Assembly (NCBI GenBank): GCA_964016885.1
Contig: OZ024742.1
Location: 62,992,001-63,056,000 of the forward strand
DNA length: 64,000 nt
Direction: 5' to 3'
Source of the DNA: Eledone cirrhosa
Taxonomy: Eukaryota
Made by a program: the position numbers and the translations under genes. Below, in pieces: positions 26,901 through 40,469 of the stretch. Within the stretch, counting starts at the first letter, position 1; every line of letters begins with the position of its first letter. A model generated the notes under the pieces. The model was not told the DNA's origin and did no database searches. It saw only the letters and a list, made by a program, of their open reading frames with translations.

Positions 26901-29900
26901 TAACTTCTTACTACCTGTCTCTCTGTCAGTCTGTCTTCACTTAACTTCTTACTACCTGTCTCTCTGTCAGTCTGTCATCACTTAACTTTTTACTATTTGT
27001 CTCTCTTTCAGTCTCTCTTCTCTTAACTTCTTACTACCTGTCTCTCGGACAGTCTTTCATCTCTTAACTTCTTACTACATGTCTCTCTGTCAGTCTGTCT
27101 TCTCTTAACTTCTTACTACCTGTCTCTCTGTCAGTCTGTCTTCTATTAACTTCTTACTACCTGTCTCTCTGTCAGTCTGTCATCTCTTAACTTCTTACTA
27201 CCTGTCTCTCTGTCAGTCTGTCATATCTTAACTTCTTACTACCTGTTTCTGTGTCAGTCTGTCTTCTCTTAACTTCTTGCTACATGTCTCTCTGTCAGTC
27301 TGTCTTCTCTTAACTTCTTACTACCTGTCTCTCTGTCAGTCTGTCTTCTCTTAACTTCTTACTATCTGCCTCTCTGTCAGTCTGTCATCTCTTAACTTCT
27401 TACTACCTGTCTCTCTGTCAGTCTGTCTTCTCTTAACTTCTTACTACCTGTCTCTCTGTCAGTCTCTCTTCTCTTAACTTCTTACTACCTGTCTCTCAGT
27501 CAGACTGTCATCTCTTAACTTTTTACTATCTGTTTCTCATTCAGTCTCTCTTCTCTTAACTTCTTACTACCTGTCTCTCTGTCAGTCTGTCATCTCTTAA
27601 CTTCTTACTACCTGGCTCTCTGTCAGTCTGTCTTCTCTTAACTTCTTACTACCTGTCTCTCTGTCAGTCTGTCATCTCTTAACTTCTTACTATCTGTCTC
27701 TCTGTCAGTCTGTCTTCACTTAACTTCTTACTACCTGTCTCTCTGTCAGTCTGTCTTCTATTAACTTCTTACTACCTGCCTCTCTGTCAGTCTGTCATCT
27801 CTTAACTTCTTACTACCTGTCTCTCTGTCAGTCTGTCTTCTCTTAACTTCTTACTACCTGTCTCTCTGTCTGTCTGTCTTCTCTTAACTTCTTACTACCT
27901 GTCTCTCTGTCAGTCTGTCATCTCTTAACTACTTACTATCTGTCTCTCTGTCAGTCTGTCTTCTCTTAACTTCTTACTACCTGTCTCTCTGTCAGTCTGT
28001 CTTCTCTTAACTTCTTACTACCTGTCTCTCTGTCAGTCTGTCATCTCTTAACTACTTACTATCTGTCTCTCTGTCAGTCTGTGTTCTCTTAACTCCTTAC
28101 TACCTGCCTCTCTGTCAGTCTTTCATCTCTTAACTTCTTACTACCTGTCTCTCTGTCAGTCTGTCTCCTCTTAACTTCTTACTACATGTCTCTCTGTCAG
28201 TCTGTCTTCTCTTAACTTCTTACTACCTGTCTCTCGGTCAGTCTTTCATCTCTTAACTTCTTACTACCTGTCTCTCTGTCAGTCTGTCTTCACTTAACTT
28301 CTTACTACCTGTCTCACTGTCAGTCTGTCATCTCTTAACTTCTTACTACATGTCTCTCTGTCAGTCTGTCTTCTATTAACTTCTTACTACCTGTCTCTCT
28401 GTCAGTCTGTCTTCTCTAAACTTCTTACTACATGTCTCTCTGTCAGTCTGTCATCTCTTAACTTCTTACTATTTGTCTCTCTGTCAGTCTGTCTTCTCTT
28501 AACTTCTTACTACCTACCTCTCTGTCAGTCTGTCATCTCTTAACTACTTACTATCTGTCTCTCTGTCAGTCTGTCTTCTATTAACTTCTTACTACCTGTC
28601 TCTCTGTCAGTCTGTCTTCTCTTAACTTCTTAATACCTGTCTCTCTGTCAGTCTGTCATCTCTTAACTTCTTAGTATCTGTCTCTCTGTCAGTCTGTCTT
28701 CTCTTAACTTCTTACTACCTGTCTCTCTGTCAGTTTGTCATCTCTTAACTACTTACTATCTGTCTCTCTGTCAGTCTGTGTTCTCTTAACTCCTTACTAC
28801 CTGCCTCTCTGTCAGTCTGTCATCGCTAAACTTCTTACTACCTGTCTCTTTGTTTGTCTGTCTTCTCTTAACTTCTTACTACCTGTCTCTCTGTCAGTCT
28901 GTCATCTCTTAACTTCTTACTATCTGTCTCTCTGACAGTCTGTCTTCTCTTAACTTCTTACTACCTGTCTCTCTGTCAGTCTGTCTTCTCTTAACTTCTT
29001 ACTACATGTCTCTCTGTCAGTCTGTCATCTCTTAACTTCTTACTATTTGTCTCTCTGTCAGTCTGTCTTCTCTTAACTTCTTACTACCTGCCTCTCTGGC
29101 AGTCTGTCATCTCTTAACTTCTTACTATCTGTCTCTCTGTCAGTCTGTCTTCTCTTAACTTCTTACTACCTGTCTCTCTGTCAGTCTGTCTTCTCTTAAC
29201 TTCTTAATACCTGTCTCTCTGTCAGTCTGTCATCTCTTAACTTCTTAGTATCTGTCTCTCTGTCAGTCTGTCTTCTCTTAACTTCTTACTACCTGCCTCT
29301 CTATCAGTCTGTCATCTCTTAACTTCTTACTACCTGTCTCTCTGTCAGTCTGTCATCTCTTAACTTCTTACTATCTGTCTCTCTGTCAGTCTGTCTTCTC
29401 TTAACTTCTTACTACCTGTCTCTCTGTCAGTCTGTCTTCTCTTAACTTCTTACAATCTGTCTCTCTATCAGTCTGTCATCGCTAAACTTCTTACTACCTG
29501 TCTCTTTGTTTGTCTGTCTTCTCTTAACTTCTTACTACCTGTCTCTCTGTCAGTCTGTCATCTCTTAACTTCTTACTATCTGTCTCTCTGACAGTCTGTC
29601 TTCTCTTAACTTCTTACTACCTGTCTCTCTGTCAGTCTGTCATCTCTTAACTTCTAACTACCTGTCTCTCTGTCAGTCTGTCATCTCTTAACTTCTTACT
29701 ACCTGTCTCTCTGTCAGTCTGTCTTCTCTTAACTTCTTACTACATGTCTCTCTGTCAGTCTGTCTTCTCTTAACTTCTTACTACCTGTCTCTCTGTCAGT
29801 CTGTCTTCTCTTAACTTCTTACTGCCTGTCTCTCTGTCAGTCTGTCATCTCTTAACTACTTACTATCTGTCTCTCTGTCAGTCTGTGTTCTCTTAACTCC

Positions 29901-31640
29901 TTACTACCTGCCTCTCTGTCAGTCTGTCAACTCTTAACTTCTTACTACCTGTCCCTCTGTCAGTCTGTCTTCTCTTAACTTCTTACTACCTGTCTCTCTG
30001 TCAGTCTGTCATCTCTTAACTTCTTACTACATGTCTCTCTGTCAGTCTGTGTTCTCTTAACCTCTTACTACCTGTCTCTCTGTCAGTCTGTCATCTCTTA
30101 ACTTCTTACTACCTGTCTCTCTGTCAGTCTGTCTTCTCTTAACTTCTTACTACATGTCTCTCTGTCAGTCTGTCTTCTCTTAACTTCTTACTACCTGTCT
30201 CACTGTCAGTCTGTGTTCTCTTAACTTCTTACTACCTGTTCCTCCTTCAGTCTGTCATCTCTTAACTTCTTACTACCTGTCTCTCTGTCAGTCTGTGTTC
30301 TCTTAACTCCTTACTACCTGCCTCTCTGTCAGTCTTTCATCTCTTAACTTCTTACTACCTGTCTCTCTGTCAGTCTGTCTTCTCTTAACTTCTTACTACA
30401 TGTCACTCTGTCAGTCTGTCTTCTCTTAATTTCTTACTACCTGTCTCTCGGTCTGTCTTTCATCTCTTAACTTCTTACTACCTGTCTCTCTGTCAGTCTG
30501 TCTTCACTTAACTTCTTACTACCTGTCTCTCTGTCAGTCTGTCATCACTTAACATTTTACTATTTGTCTCTCTTTCAGTCTCTCTTCTCTTAACTTCTTA
30601 CTACCTGTCTCTCGGACAGTCTTTCATCTCTTAACTTCTTACTACATGTCTCTCTGTCAGTCTGTCTTCTCTTAACTTCTTACTACCTGTCTCTCTGTCA
30701 GTCTGTCTTCTATTAATTTCTTACTACCTGTCTCTCTGTCAGTCTGTCATCTCTTAACTTCTTACTACCTGTCTCTCTGTCAGTCTGTCATATCTTAACT
30801 TCTTACTACCTGTTTCTGTGTCAGTCTGTCTTCTCTTAACTTCTTGCTACATGTCTCTCTGTCAGTCTGTCTTCTCTTAACTTCTTACTACCTGTCTCTC
30901 TGTCAGTCTGTCTTCTCTTAACTTCTTACTATCTGCCTCTCTGTCAGTCTGTCATCTCTTAACTACTTACTACCTGTCTCTCTGTCAGTCTGTCTTCTCT
31001 TAACTTCTTACTACCTGTCTCTCTGTCAGTCTCTCTTCTCTTAACTTCTTACTACCTGTCTCTCAGTCAGTCTGTCATCTCTTAACTTTTTACTATCTGT
31101 TTCTCATTCAGTCTCTCTTCTCTTAACTTCTTACTACCTGTCTCTATGTCAGTCTGTCATCTCTTAACTTCTTACTACCTGGCTCTCTGTCAGTCTGTCT
31201 TCTCTTAACTTCTTACTACCTGTCTCTCTGTCAGTCTGTCATCTCTTAACTTCTTACTATCTGTCTCTCTGTCAGTCTGTCTTCACTTAACTTCTTACTA
31301 CCTGTCTCTCTGTCAGTCTGTCTTCTATTAACTTCTTACTACCTGCCTCTCTGTCAGTCTGTCATCTCTTAACTTCTTACTACCTGTCTCTCTGTCAGTC
31401 TGTCTTCTCTTAACTTCTTACTACCTGTCTCTCTGTCTGTCTGTCTTCTCTTAACTTCTTACTACCTGTCTCTCTGTCAGTCTGTCATCTCTTAACTACT
31501 TACTATCTGTCTCTCTGTCAGTCTGTCTTCTCTTAACTTCTTACTACCTGTCTCTCTGTCAGTCTGTCTTCTCTTAACTTCTTACTACCTGTCTCTCTGT
31601 CAGTCTGCCATCTCTTAACTACTTACTATCTGTCTCTCTG
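20340..31640. repeat. Tandem block duplication of about 5.6 kb (137-138 monomers): about 20340-26020 / 26000-31640
   Basis: CTGTTCCTCC at 21011/26669 and ACCTACC at 22858/28516 (offset 5658=138x41); CTGTTCCTCC at 24619/30236 (offset 5617=137x41); private AACATTTT, TATTAATT, CTATGTC and CTGCCA variants are present in both copies. Confidence 0.9.
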
Positions 31641-31899
31641 TCAGTCTGTGTTCTCTTAACTCCTTACTACCTGCCTCTCTGTCAGTCTTTCATCTCTTAA
31701 CTTCTTACTACCTGTCTCTCTGTCAGTCTGTCTTCTCTTAACTTCTTACTACATGTCTCTCTGTCAGTCTGTCTTCTCTTAACTTCTTACTACCTGTCTC
31801 TCTCTCAGTCTGTCATCTCTTAACTTCTTACAACATGTCTCTCTGTCAGTCTGTCTTCTCTTAACTTCTTACTACCTGTCTCTCTGTCAGTCTGTCATC

Positions 31900-34800
31900 T
31901 CTTAACTTCTTACTACCTGTCTCTCAGTCAGTCTGTCATCTCTTAACTTTTTACTACTTGTCTCTCTTTCAGTCTGTCTTCTCTTAACTTCTTACTACCT
32001 GTCTCTCTGTCAGTCTGTCATCTCTTAACTACTTACTATCTGTCTCTCTGTCAGTCTGTCTTCTCTTAACTTCTTACTACCTGTCTCTCTGTCAGTCTGT
32101 CATCTCTTAACTACTTACTATCTGTCTCTCTGTCAGTCTGTGTTCTCTTAACTCCTTACTACCTGCCTCTCTGTCAGTCTGTCATCTCTTAACTTCTTAC
32201 TACCTGTCTCTCTGTCAGTCTGTCTTCTCTTAACTTCTTACTACCTGTCTCTCAGTCAGTCTGTCTTCTCTTCACTTCTTACTACCTGCCTCTGTGTCAG
32301 TCTGTCATCTCTTAACTTCTTATTACCTGTCTCTCCGTCAGTCTGTCTTCTCTTAACTTCTTACTACCTCTCTCTCTGTCAGTCTGTCTTCTCTTAACTT
32401 CTTACTACCTGTCTCTCTGTCAGTCTGTCATCTCTTAACTTCTTACTACCTGTCTCTCAGTCAGTCTGTCTTCTCTTAACTTCTTACTACCTGTCTCTCA
32501 GTCAGTCTGTCTTCTCTTAACTTCTTACTACCTGTCTCTCTGTCAGTCTGTCATCTCTTAACTTCTTACTACATGTCTCTCTGTCAGTCTGTCTTCTCTT
32601 AACTTCTTACTACCTGTCTCTCTGTCAGTCTGTCATCTCTTAACTTCTTACTACCTGTCTCTCAGTCAGTCTGTCATCTCTTAACTTTTTACTACTTGAC
32701 TCTCTTTCAGTCTCTCTTCTCTTAACTTCTTACTACCTGTCTCTCTGTGAGTCTGTCTTCTATTAACTTCTTGCTACCTGTCTCTCTGTCAGTCTGTCAT
32801 GTCTTAACTTCTTACTACCTGTCTCTCAGTCAGTCTGTCTTCTCTTAACTTCTTACTACCTGTCTCTCAGTCAGTCTGTCTTCTCTTAACTTCTTACTAC
32901 CTGCCTCTCTGTCAGTCTGTCTTCTCTTAACTTCTTACTACCTGTCTCTCTGTCAGTCTGTCATCTCTTAACTTCTTACTACCTGTCTCTCAGTCAGTCT
33001 GTCTTCTCTTAACTTCTTACTACCTGTCTCTCTGTCAGTCTGTCATCTCTTAACTTCTTACTACATGTCTCTCTGTCAGTCTGTCTTCTCTTAACTTCTT
33101 ACTACCTGTCTCTCTGTCAGTCTGTCATCTCTTAACTTCTTAGTACCTGTCTCTCAGTCAGTCTGTCATCTCTTAACTTCGTACTACCTGTCTCTCTGTC
33201 AGTCTGTCATCTCTTAACTTCTAACTACCTGTCTCTCTGTCAGTTTGTCATCTCTTAACTTCTTACTACCTCTCTCTCAGTCAGTCTGTCTTCTCTTAAC
33301 TTCTTACTACCTATCTCTCTGTCAGTCTGTCATCTCTTAACTTCTTACTACCTGTCTCTCTGTCAGTCTGTCTTCTCTTAACTTCTTACTACCTGTCTCT
33401 CTGTCAGTCTGTCATCTCTTAACTCCTTACTACCTGTCTCTCAGTCAGTCTGTCTTCTCTTAACTTCTTACTACCTGTCTCTCAGTCAGTCTGTCTTCTC
33501 TTAACTTCTTACTACCTGTCTCTCTGTCAGTCAGTCATCTCTTAACTTCTTACTACATGTCTCTCTGTCAGTCTGTCTTCTCTTAACTTCTTACTACCTG
33601 TCTCTCTGTCAGTCTGTCATCTCTTAACTTCTTACTACCTGTCTCTCAGTCAGTCTGTCATCTCTTAACTTTTTACTATTTGTCTCTCTTTCAGTCTCTC
33701 TTCTCTTAACTTCTTACTACCTGTCTCTCTGTCAGTCTTTCATCTCTTAACTTCTTACTACCTGTCTCTCAGTCAGTCTGTCATCTCTTAACTTTTTACT
33801 ACTTGTCTCTCTTTCAGTCTGTCTTCTCTTAACTTCTTACTACCTGTCTCTCTGTCAGTCTGACATCTCTTAAGTTCTTACTATCTGTCTCTCTGTCAGT
33901 CTGTCTTCTCTTAACTTCTTAATACATGTCTCTCTATCAGTCTGTCTTCTCTTAACTTCTTACTACCTGTCTCTCTGTCAGTCTGTCATCTCTTAACTTC
34001 TTACTACCTGTCTCTCTGTCAGTCTGTCTTCTCTTAACTTCTTACTACCTGTCTCTCAGTCAGTCTCTCTTCTCTTAACTTCTTACTACCTGCCTCTCTG
34101 TCAGTCTGTCATCTCTTAACTTCTTATTACCTGTCTCTCCGTCAGTCTGTCTTCTCTTAACTTCTTACTACCTCTCTCTCTGTCAGTCTGTCTTCTCTTA
34201 ACTTCTTACTACCTGTCTCTCTGTCAGTCTGTCATCTCTTAACTTCTTACTACCTGTCTCTCAGTGAGTCTGTCTTCTCTTAACTTCTTACTACCTTTCT
34301 CTCTGTCAGTCTGTCATCTCTTAACTTCTTACTACCTGTCTCTCAGTCAGTCTGTCATCTCTTAACTTTTTACTACTTGTCTCTCTTTCAGTCTGTCTTC
34401 TCTTAACTTCTTACTACCTGTCTCTCTGTCAGTCTGTCATCTCTTAACTACTTACTATCTGTCTCTCTGTCAGTCTGTCTTCTCTTAACTTCTTACTACC
34501 TGTCTCTCTGTCAGTCTGTCATCTCTTAACTACTTACTATCTGTCTCTCTGTCAGTCTGTGTTCTCTTAACTCCTTACTACCTGCCTCTCTGTCAGTCTG
34601 TCATCTCTTAACTTCTTACTACCTGTCTCTCTGTCAGTCTGTCTTCTCTTAACTTCTTACTACCTGTCTCTCAGTCAGTCTGTCTTCTCTTCACTTCTTA
34701 CTACCTGCCTCTGTGTCAGTCTGTCATCTCTTAACTTCTTATTACCTGTCTCTCCGTCAGTCTGTCTTCTCTTAACTTCTTACTACCTCTCTCTCTGTCA

Positions 34801-36770
34801 GTCTGTCTTCTCTTAACTTCTTACTACCTGTCTCTCTGTCACTCTGTCATCTCTTAACTTCTTACTACCTGTCTCTCAGTCAGTCTGTCTTCTCTTAACT
34901 TCTTACTACCTGTCTCTCAGTCAGTCTGTCTTCTCTTAACTTCTTACTACCTGTCTCTCTGTCAGTCTGTCATCTCTTAACTTCTTACTACATGTCTCTC
35001 TGTCAGTCTGTCTTCTCTTAACTTCTTACTACCTGTCTCTCTGTCAGTCTGTCATCTCTTAACTTCTTACTACCTGTCTCTCAGTCAGTCTGTCATCTCT
35101 TAACTTTTTACTACTTGACTCTCTTTCAGTCTCTCTTCTCTTAACTTCTTACTACCTGTCTCTCTGTGAGTCTGTCTTCTATTAACTTCTTGCTACCTGT
35201 CTCTCTGTCAGTCTGTCATGTCTTAACTTCTTACTACCTGTCTCTCAGTCAGTCTGTCTTCTCTTAACTTCTTACTACCTGTCTCTCAGTCAGTCTGTCT
35301 TCTCTTAACTTCTTACTACCTGCCTCTCTGTCAGTCTGTCTTCTCTTAACTTCTTACTACCTGTCTCTCTGTCAGTCTGTCATCTCTTAACTTCTTACTA
35401 CCTGTCTCTCAGTCAGTCTGTCTTCTCTTAACTTCTTACTACCTGTCTCTCTGTCAGTCTGTCATCTCTTAACTTCTTACTACATGTCTCTCTGTCAGTC
35501 TGTCTTCTCTTAACTTCTTACTACCTGTCTCTCTGTCAGTCTGTCATCTCTTAACTTCGTACTACCTGTCTCTCTGTCAGTCTGTCATCTCTTAACTTCT
35601 AACTACCTGTCTCTCTGTCAGTTTGTCATCTCTTAACTTCTTACTACCTCTCTCTCAGTCAGTCTGTCTTCTCTTAACTTCTTACTACCTATCTCTCTGT
35701 CAGTCTGTCATCTCTTAACTTCTTACTACCTGTCTCTCTGTCAGTCTGTCTTCTCTTAACTTCTTACTACCTGTCTCTCTGTCAGTCTGTCATCTCTTAA
35801 CTCCTTACTACCTGTCTCTCAGTCAGTCTGTCTTCTCTTAACTTCTTACTACCTGTCTCTCAGTCAGTCTGTCTTCTCTTAACTTCTTACTACCTGTCTC
35901 TCTGTCAGTCAGTCATCTCTTAACTTCTTACTACATGTCTCTCTGTCAGTCTGTCTTCTCTTAACTTCTTACTACCTGTCTCTCTGTCAGTCTGTCATCT
36001 CTTAACTTCTTACTACCTGTCTCTCAGTCAGTCTGTCATCTCTTAACTTTTTACTATTTGTCTCTCTTTCAGTCTCTCTTCTCTTAACTTCATACTACCT
36101 GTCTCTCTGTCAGTCTTTCATCTCTTAACTTCTTACTACCTGTCTCTCAGTCAGTCTGTCATCTCTTAACTTTTTACTACTTGTCTCTCTTTCAGTCTGT
36201 CTTCTCTTAACTTCTTACTACCTGTCTCTCTGTCAGTCTGACATCTCTTAACTTCTTACTATCTGTCTCTCTGTCAGTCTGTCTTCTCTTAACTTCTTAA
36301 TACATGTCTCTCTATCAGTCTGTCTTCTCTTAACTTCTTACTACCTGTCTCTCTGTCAGTCTGTCATCTCTTAACTTCTTACTACCTGTCTCTCTATCAG
36401 TCTGACTTCTCTTAACTTCTTACTACCTGTCTCTCAGTCAGTCTCTCTTCTCTTAACTTCTTACTACCTGCCTCTCTGTCAGTCTGTCATCTCTTAACTT
36501 CTTATTACCTGTCTCTCCGTCAGTCTGTCTTCTCTTAACTTCTTACTACCTCTCTCTCTGTCAGTCTGTCTTCTCTTAACTTCTTACTACCTGTCTCTCT
36601 GTCAGTCTGTCATCTCTTAACTTCTTACTACCTGTCTCTCAGTGAGTCTGTCTTCTCTTAACTTCTTACTACCTTTCTCTCTGTCAGTCTGTCATCTCTT
36701 AACTTCTTACTACCTGTCTCTCAGTCAGTCTGTCATCTCTTAACTTTTTACTACTTGTCTCTCTTTCAGT
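31900..36770. repeat. Tandem block duplication of 58-59 monomers (about 31900-34390 / 34320-36770)
   Basis: TTCACTT C at 32273/34692 (offset 2419=59x41); CTTGAC and GTGAG variants are paired at the same offset; TGACAT A at 33863/36241 (offset 2378=58x41). Confidence 0.88.
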
Positions 36771-37739
36771 CTCTCTTCTCTTAACTTCTTACTACCTGTC
36801 TCTCTGTCAGTCTGTCTTCTATTAACTTCTTGCTACCTGTCTCTCTGTCAGTCTGTCATGTCTTAACTTCTTACTACCTGTCTCTCAGTCAGTCTGTCTT
36901 CTCTTAACTTCTTACTACCTGTCTCTCAGTCAGTCTGTCTTCTCTTAACTTCTTACTACCTGTCTCTCAGTCAGTCTGTCTTCTCTTAACTTCTTACTAC
37001 CTGTCTCTCTGTCAGTCTGTCATCTCTTAACTTCTTACTACCTGTCTCTCTGTCAGTCTGTCTTCTCTTAACTTCTTACTACCTGTCTCTCTGTCAGTCT
37101 GTCATCTCTTAACTTCTTACTACCTGTCTCTCTGTCAGTCTGTCTACTCTTAACTTCTTACTACCTGTCTCTCTGTCAGTCTGTCTTCTCTTAACTTCTT
37201 ACTACCTGTCTCTCTGTCAGTCTGTCATCTCTTAACTTCTTACTACCTGTCTCTCTGTCAGTCTGTCATCTCTTAACTTCTTACTACCTGTCTCTCAGTC
37301 AGTCTGTCTTCTCTTAACTTCTTACTACCTGTCTCTCTGTCAGTCTGTCATCTCTTAACTTCTTACTACCTGTCTCTCAGTCAGTCTGTCATCTCTTAAC
37401 TTTTTACTACTTGTCTCTCTTTCAGTCTCTCTTCTCTTAACTTCTTACTACCTGTCTCTCTGTCAGTCTTTCATCTCTTAACTTCTTACTACCTGTCTCT
37501 CAGTCAGTCTGTCTTCTCTTAACTTCTTACAACCTGTCTCACTGTCAGTCTGTCATCTCTTAACTTCTTACTACCTCTCTCTCTGTCAGTCTGTCTTCTA
37601 TTAACTTCTTGCTACCTGTCTCTCTGTCAGTCTGTCATGTCTTAACTTCTTACTACCTGTCTCTCTGTCAGTCTGTCATCTCTTAACTTCTTACTACCTG
37701 TCTCTCTGTCAGTCTGTCTTCTTTTAACTTCTTACTACA

Positions 37740-40280
37740 TGTCTCTCTGTCAGTCTGTCTTCTCTTAACTTCTTACTACCTGTCTCTCTGTCAGTCTGTC
37801 ATCTCTTAACTTCTTACTATCTGTCTCTCTGTCAGTCTGTCATGTCTTAACTTCTTACTACCTGTCTCTCTGTCAGTCTGTCATCTCTTAACTTCTTACT
37901 ACCTGTCTCTCTGTCAGTCTGTCTTCTCTTAACTTCTTACTACATGTCTCTCTGTCAGTCTGTCTTCTCTTAACTTCTTACTACCTGTCTCTCTGTCAGT
38001 GTGTCATCTCTTAACTTCTTACTACCTGTCTCTCTGTCAGTCTGTCATGTCTTAACTTTTTACTATCTGTCTCTCATTCAGTCTCTCTTCTATTAACTTC
38101 TTACTACCTGTCTCTCTGTCAGTCTGTCATCTCTTAACTTCTTACTACCTGTCTCTCTGTCAGTCTGCCATCTCTTAACTTCTAACTACCTGTCTCTCTG
38201 TCAGTTTGTCATCTCTTAACTTCTTACTACCTCTCTCTCAGTCAGTCTGTCTTCTCTTAACTTCTTACTACCTGTCTCTCTGTCAGTCTGTCTTCGCTTA
38301 ACTTCTTACAACCTGTCCCACTGTCAGTCTGTCATCTCTTAACTTCTTACTACCTGTCTCTCTGTCAGTCTGTCATCTCTTAACTTCTTACTACCTGTCT
38401 CTCTGTCAGTCTGTCTTCTATTAACTTCTTGCTACCTGTCTCTCTGTCAGTCTGTCATCTCTTAACTTCTTACTACCTGTCTCTCTGTCAGTCTGTCTTC
38501 TCTTAACTTCTTACTACATGTCTCTCTGTCAGTCTGTCTTCTCTTAATTTCTTACTATCTGTCTCTCTGTCAGTCTGTCATCTCTTAACTTCTTACATTT
38601 TTGTCTTTCTGTCAGTCTGTGTTCACTTAACTCCTTACTACCTGTCTCTCTGTCAGTCTGTCATCTCTTAACTTCTTACTACCTGTCTCTCTGTCAGTCT
38701 GTCTTCTATTAACTTCTTACTACCTGTCTCTCTGTCAGTCTGTCATGTCTTAACTTCTTACTACCTGTCTCTCTGTCAGTCTGTCATCTCTTAACTTCTT
38801 ACTACCTGTCTCTCTGCCAGTCTGTCTTCTCTTAACTTCTTACTACATGTCTCTCTGTCACTCTGTCTTCTCTTAACTTCTTACTATCTGTCTCTCTGTC
38901 AGTCTGTCATCTCTTAACTTTTTACTATTCGTCTCTCAGTCAGTCTCTCTTCTCTTAACTTCTTACTACCTGTCTCTCTGTCAGTCTTTCATCTCTTAAC
39001 TTCTTACTACATGTCTCTCTGTCAGTCTGTCTTCTCTTAACTTCTTACTACCTGTCTCTCTGTCAGTCTGTCATCTCTTAACTTCTTACTATCTGTCTCT
39101 CTGTCAGTCTGTCATGTCTTAACTTCTTACTACCTGTCTCTCTGTCAGTCTGTCATCTCTTAACTTCTTACTACCTGTCTCTCTGTCAGTCTGTCTTCTC
39201 TTATCTTCTTACTACATGTCTCTCTGTCAGTCTGTCTTCTCTTAACTTCTTACTACCTGTCTCTCTGTCAGTGTGTCATCTCTTAACTTCTTACTACCTG
39301 TCTCTCTGTCAGTCTGTCATCTCTTAACTTTTTACTATCTGTCTCTCATTCAGTCTCTCTTCTATTAACTTCTTACTACCTGTCTCTCTGTCAGTCTGTC
39401 ATCTCTTAACTTCTTACTACCTGTCTCTCTGTCAGTCTGCCATCTCTTAACTTCTAACTACCTGTCTCTCTGTCAGTTTGTCATCTCTTAACTTCTTACT
39501 ACCTCTCTCTCAGTCAGTCTGTCTTCTCTTAACTTCTTACTACCTGTCTCTCTGTCAGTCTGTCTTCGCTTAACTTCTTACAACCTGTCTCACTGTCAGT
39601 CTGTCATCTCTTAACTTCTTACTACCTGTCTCTCTGTCAGTCTGTCATCTCTTAACTTCTTACTACCTGTCTCTCTGTCAGTCTGTCTTCTATTAACTTC
39701 TTGCTACCTGTCTCTCTGTCAGTCTGTCATCTCTTAACTTCTTACTACCTGTCTCTCTGTCAGTCTGTCTTCTCTTAACTTCTTACTACATGTCTCTCTG
39801 TCAGTCTGTCTTCTCTTAATTTCTTACTATCTGTCTCTCTGTCAGTCTGTCATCTCTTAACTTCTTACATTTTTGTCTTTCTGTCAGTCTGTGTTCACTT
39901 AACTCCTTACTACCTGTCTCTCTGTCAGTCTGTCATCTCTTAACTTCTTACTACCTGTCTCTCTGTCAGTCTGTCTTCTATTAACTTCTTACTACCTGTC
40001 TCTCTGTCAGTCTGTCATGTCTTAACTTCTTACTACCTGTCTCTCTGTCAGTCTGTCATCTATTAACTTCTTACTACCTGTCTCTCTGCCAGTCTGTCTT
40101 CTCTTAACTTCTTACTACATGTCTCTCTGTCACTCTGTCTTCTCTTAACTTCTTACTATCTGTCTCTCTGTCAGTCTGTCATCTCTTAACTTTTTACTAT
40201 TTGTCTCTCTTTCAGTCTCTCTTCTCTTAACTTCTTACTACCTGTCTCTCTGTCAGTCTTTCATCTCTTAACTTCTTACT
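37740..40280. repeat. Tandem block duplication of 31 monomers (about 37740-39000 / 39010-40280); further copy near 46670-47830
   Basis: GTGTGTCA G at 38001/39273 and ACATTTTTG A at 38597/39869 (offset 1272=31x41+1). Confidence 0.88.
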
Positions 40281-40469
40281 ACCTGTCTCTCTGTCAGTCT
40301 GTCTTCTCTTAACTTCTTACTACCTGTCTCACTGTCAGTCAGTCATCTCTTAACTTCTTACTACCTGTCGCTCTGTCAGTCTGTCAGCTGTTAACTTCTT
40401 ACTACCTGTCTCTCTGTCAGTCTGTCTTCTATTAACTTCTTGCTACCTGTCTCTCTGTCAGTCTGTCAT

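Larger units (their letters stand above)
1..31780. repeat. Left satellite subfamily domain (variant set L)
   Basis: Recurrent diagnostic variants: CTCGGACAG (about 520, 2079, 5483, 7984, 10485, 14379, 21389, 30614), TTTGTTTGTC (about 2775, 6917, 9458, 13271, 16838, 20281, 23888, 29506), CTCGGTCAG, CATATCTT and GTTCCTCCTTCAG. Not seen right of about 31.8 kb except in the 41.6-44.1 kb island. Confidence 0.8.

Noticed and set aside
28735-28935. 66-aa ORF on the + strand (TTG start, L/S-rich)
   Set aside because: It is translated satellite. The 41-bp period puts a TAA in every frame every 123 bp, and the ORF exists only because the GCTAAAC variant at about 28825 shifts one stop. It has no ATG start and no domain.
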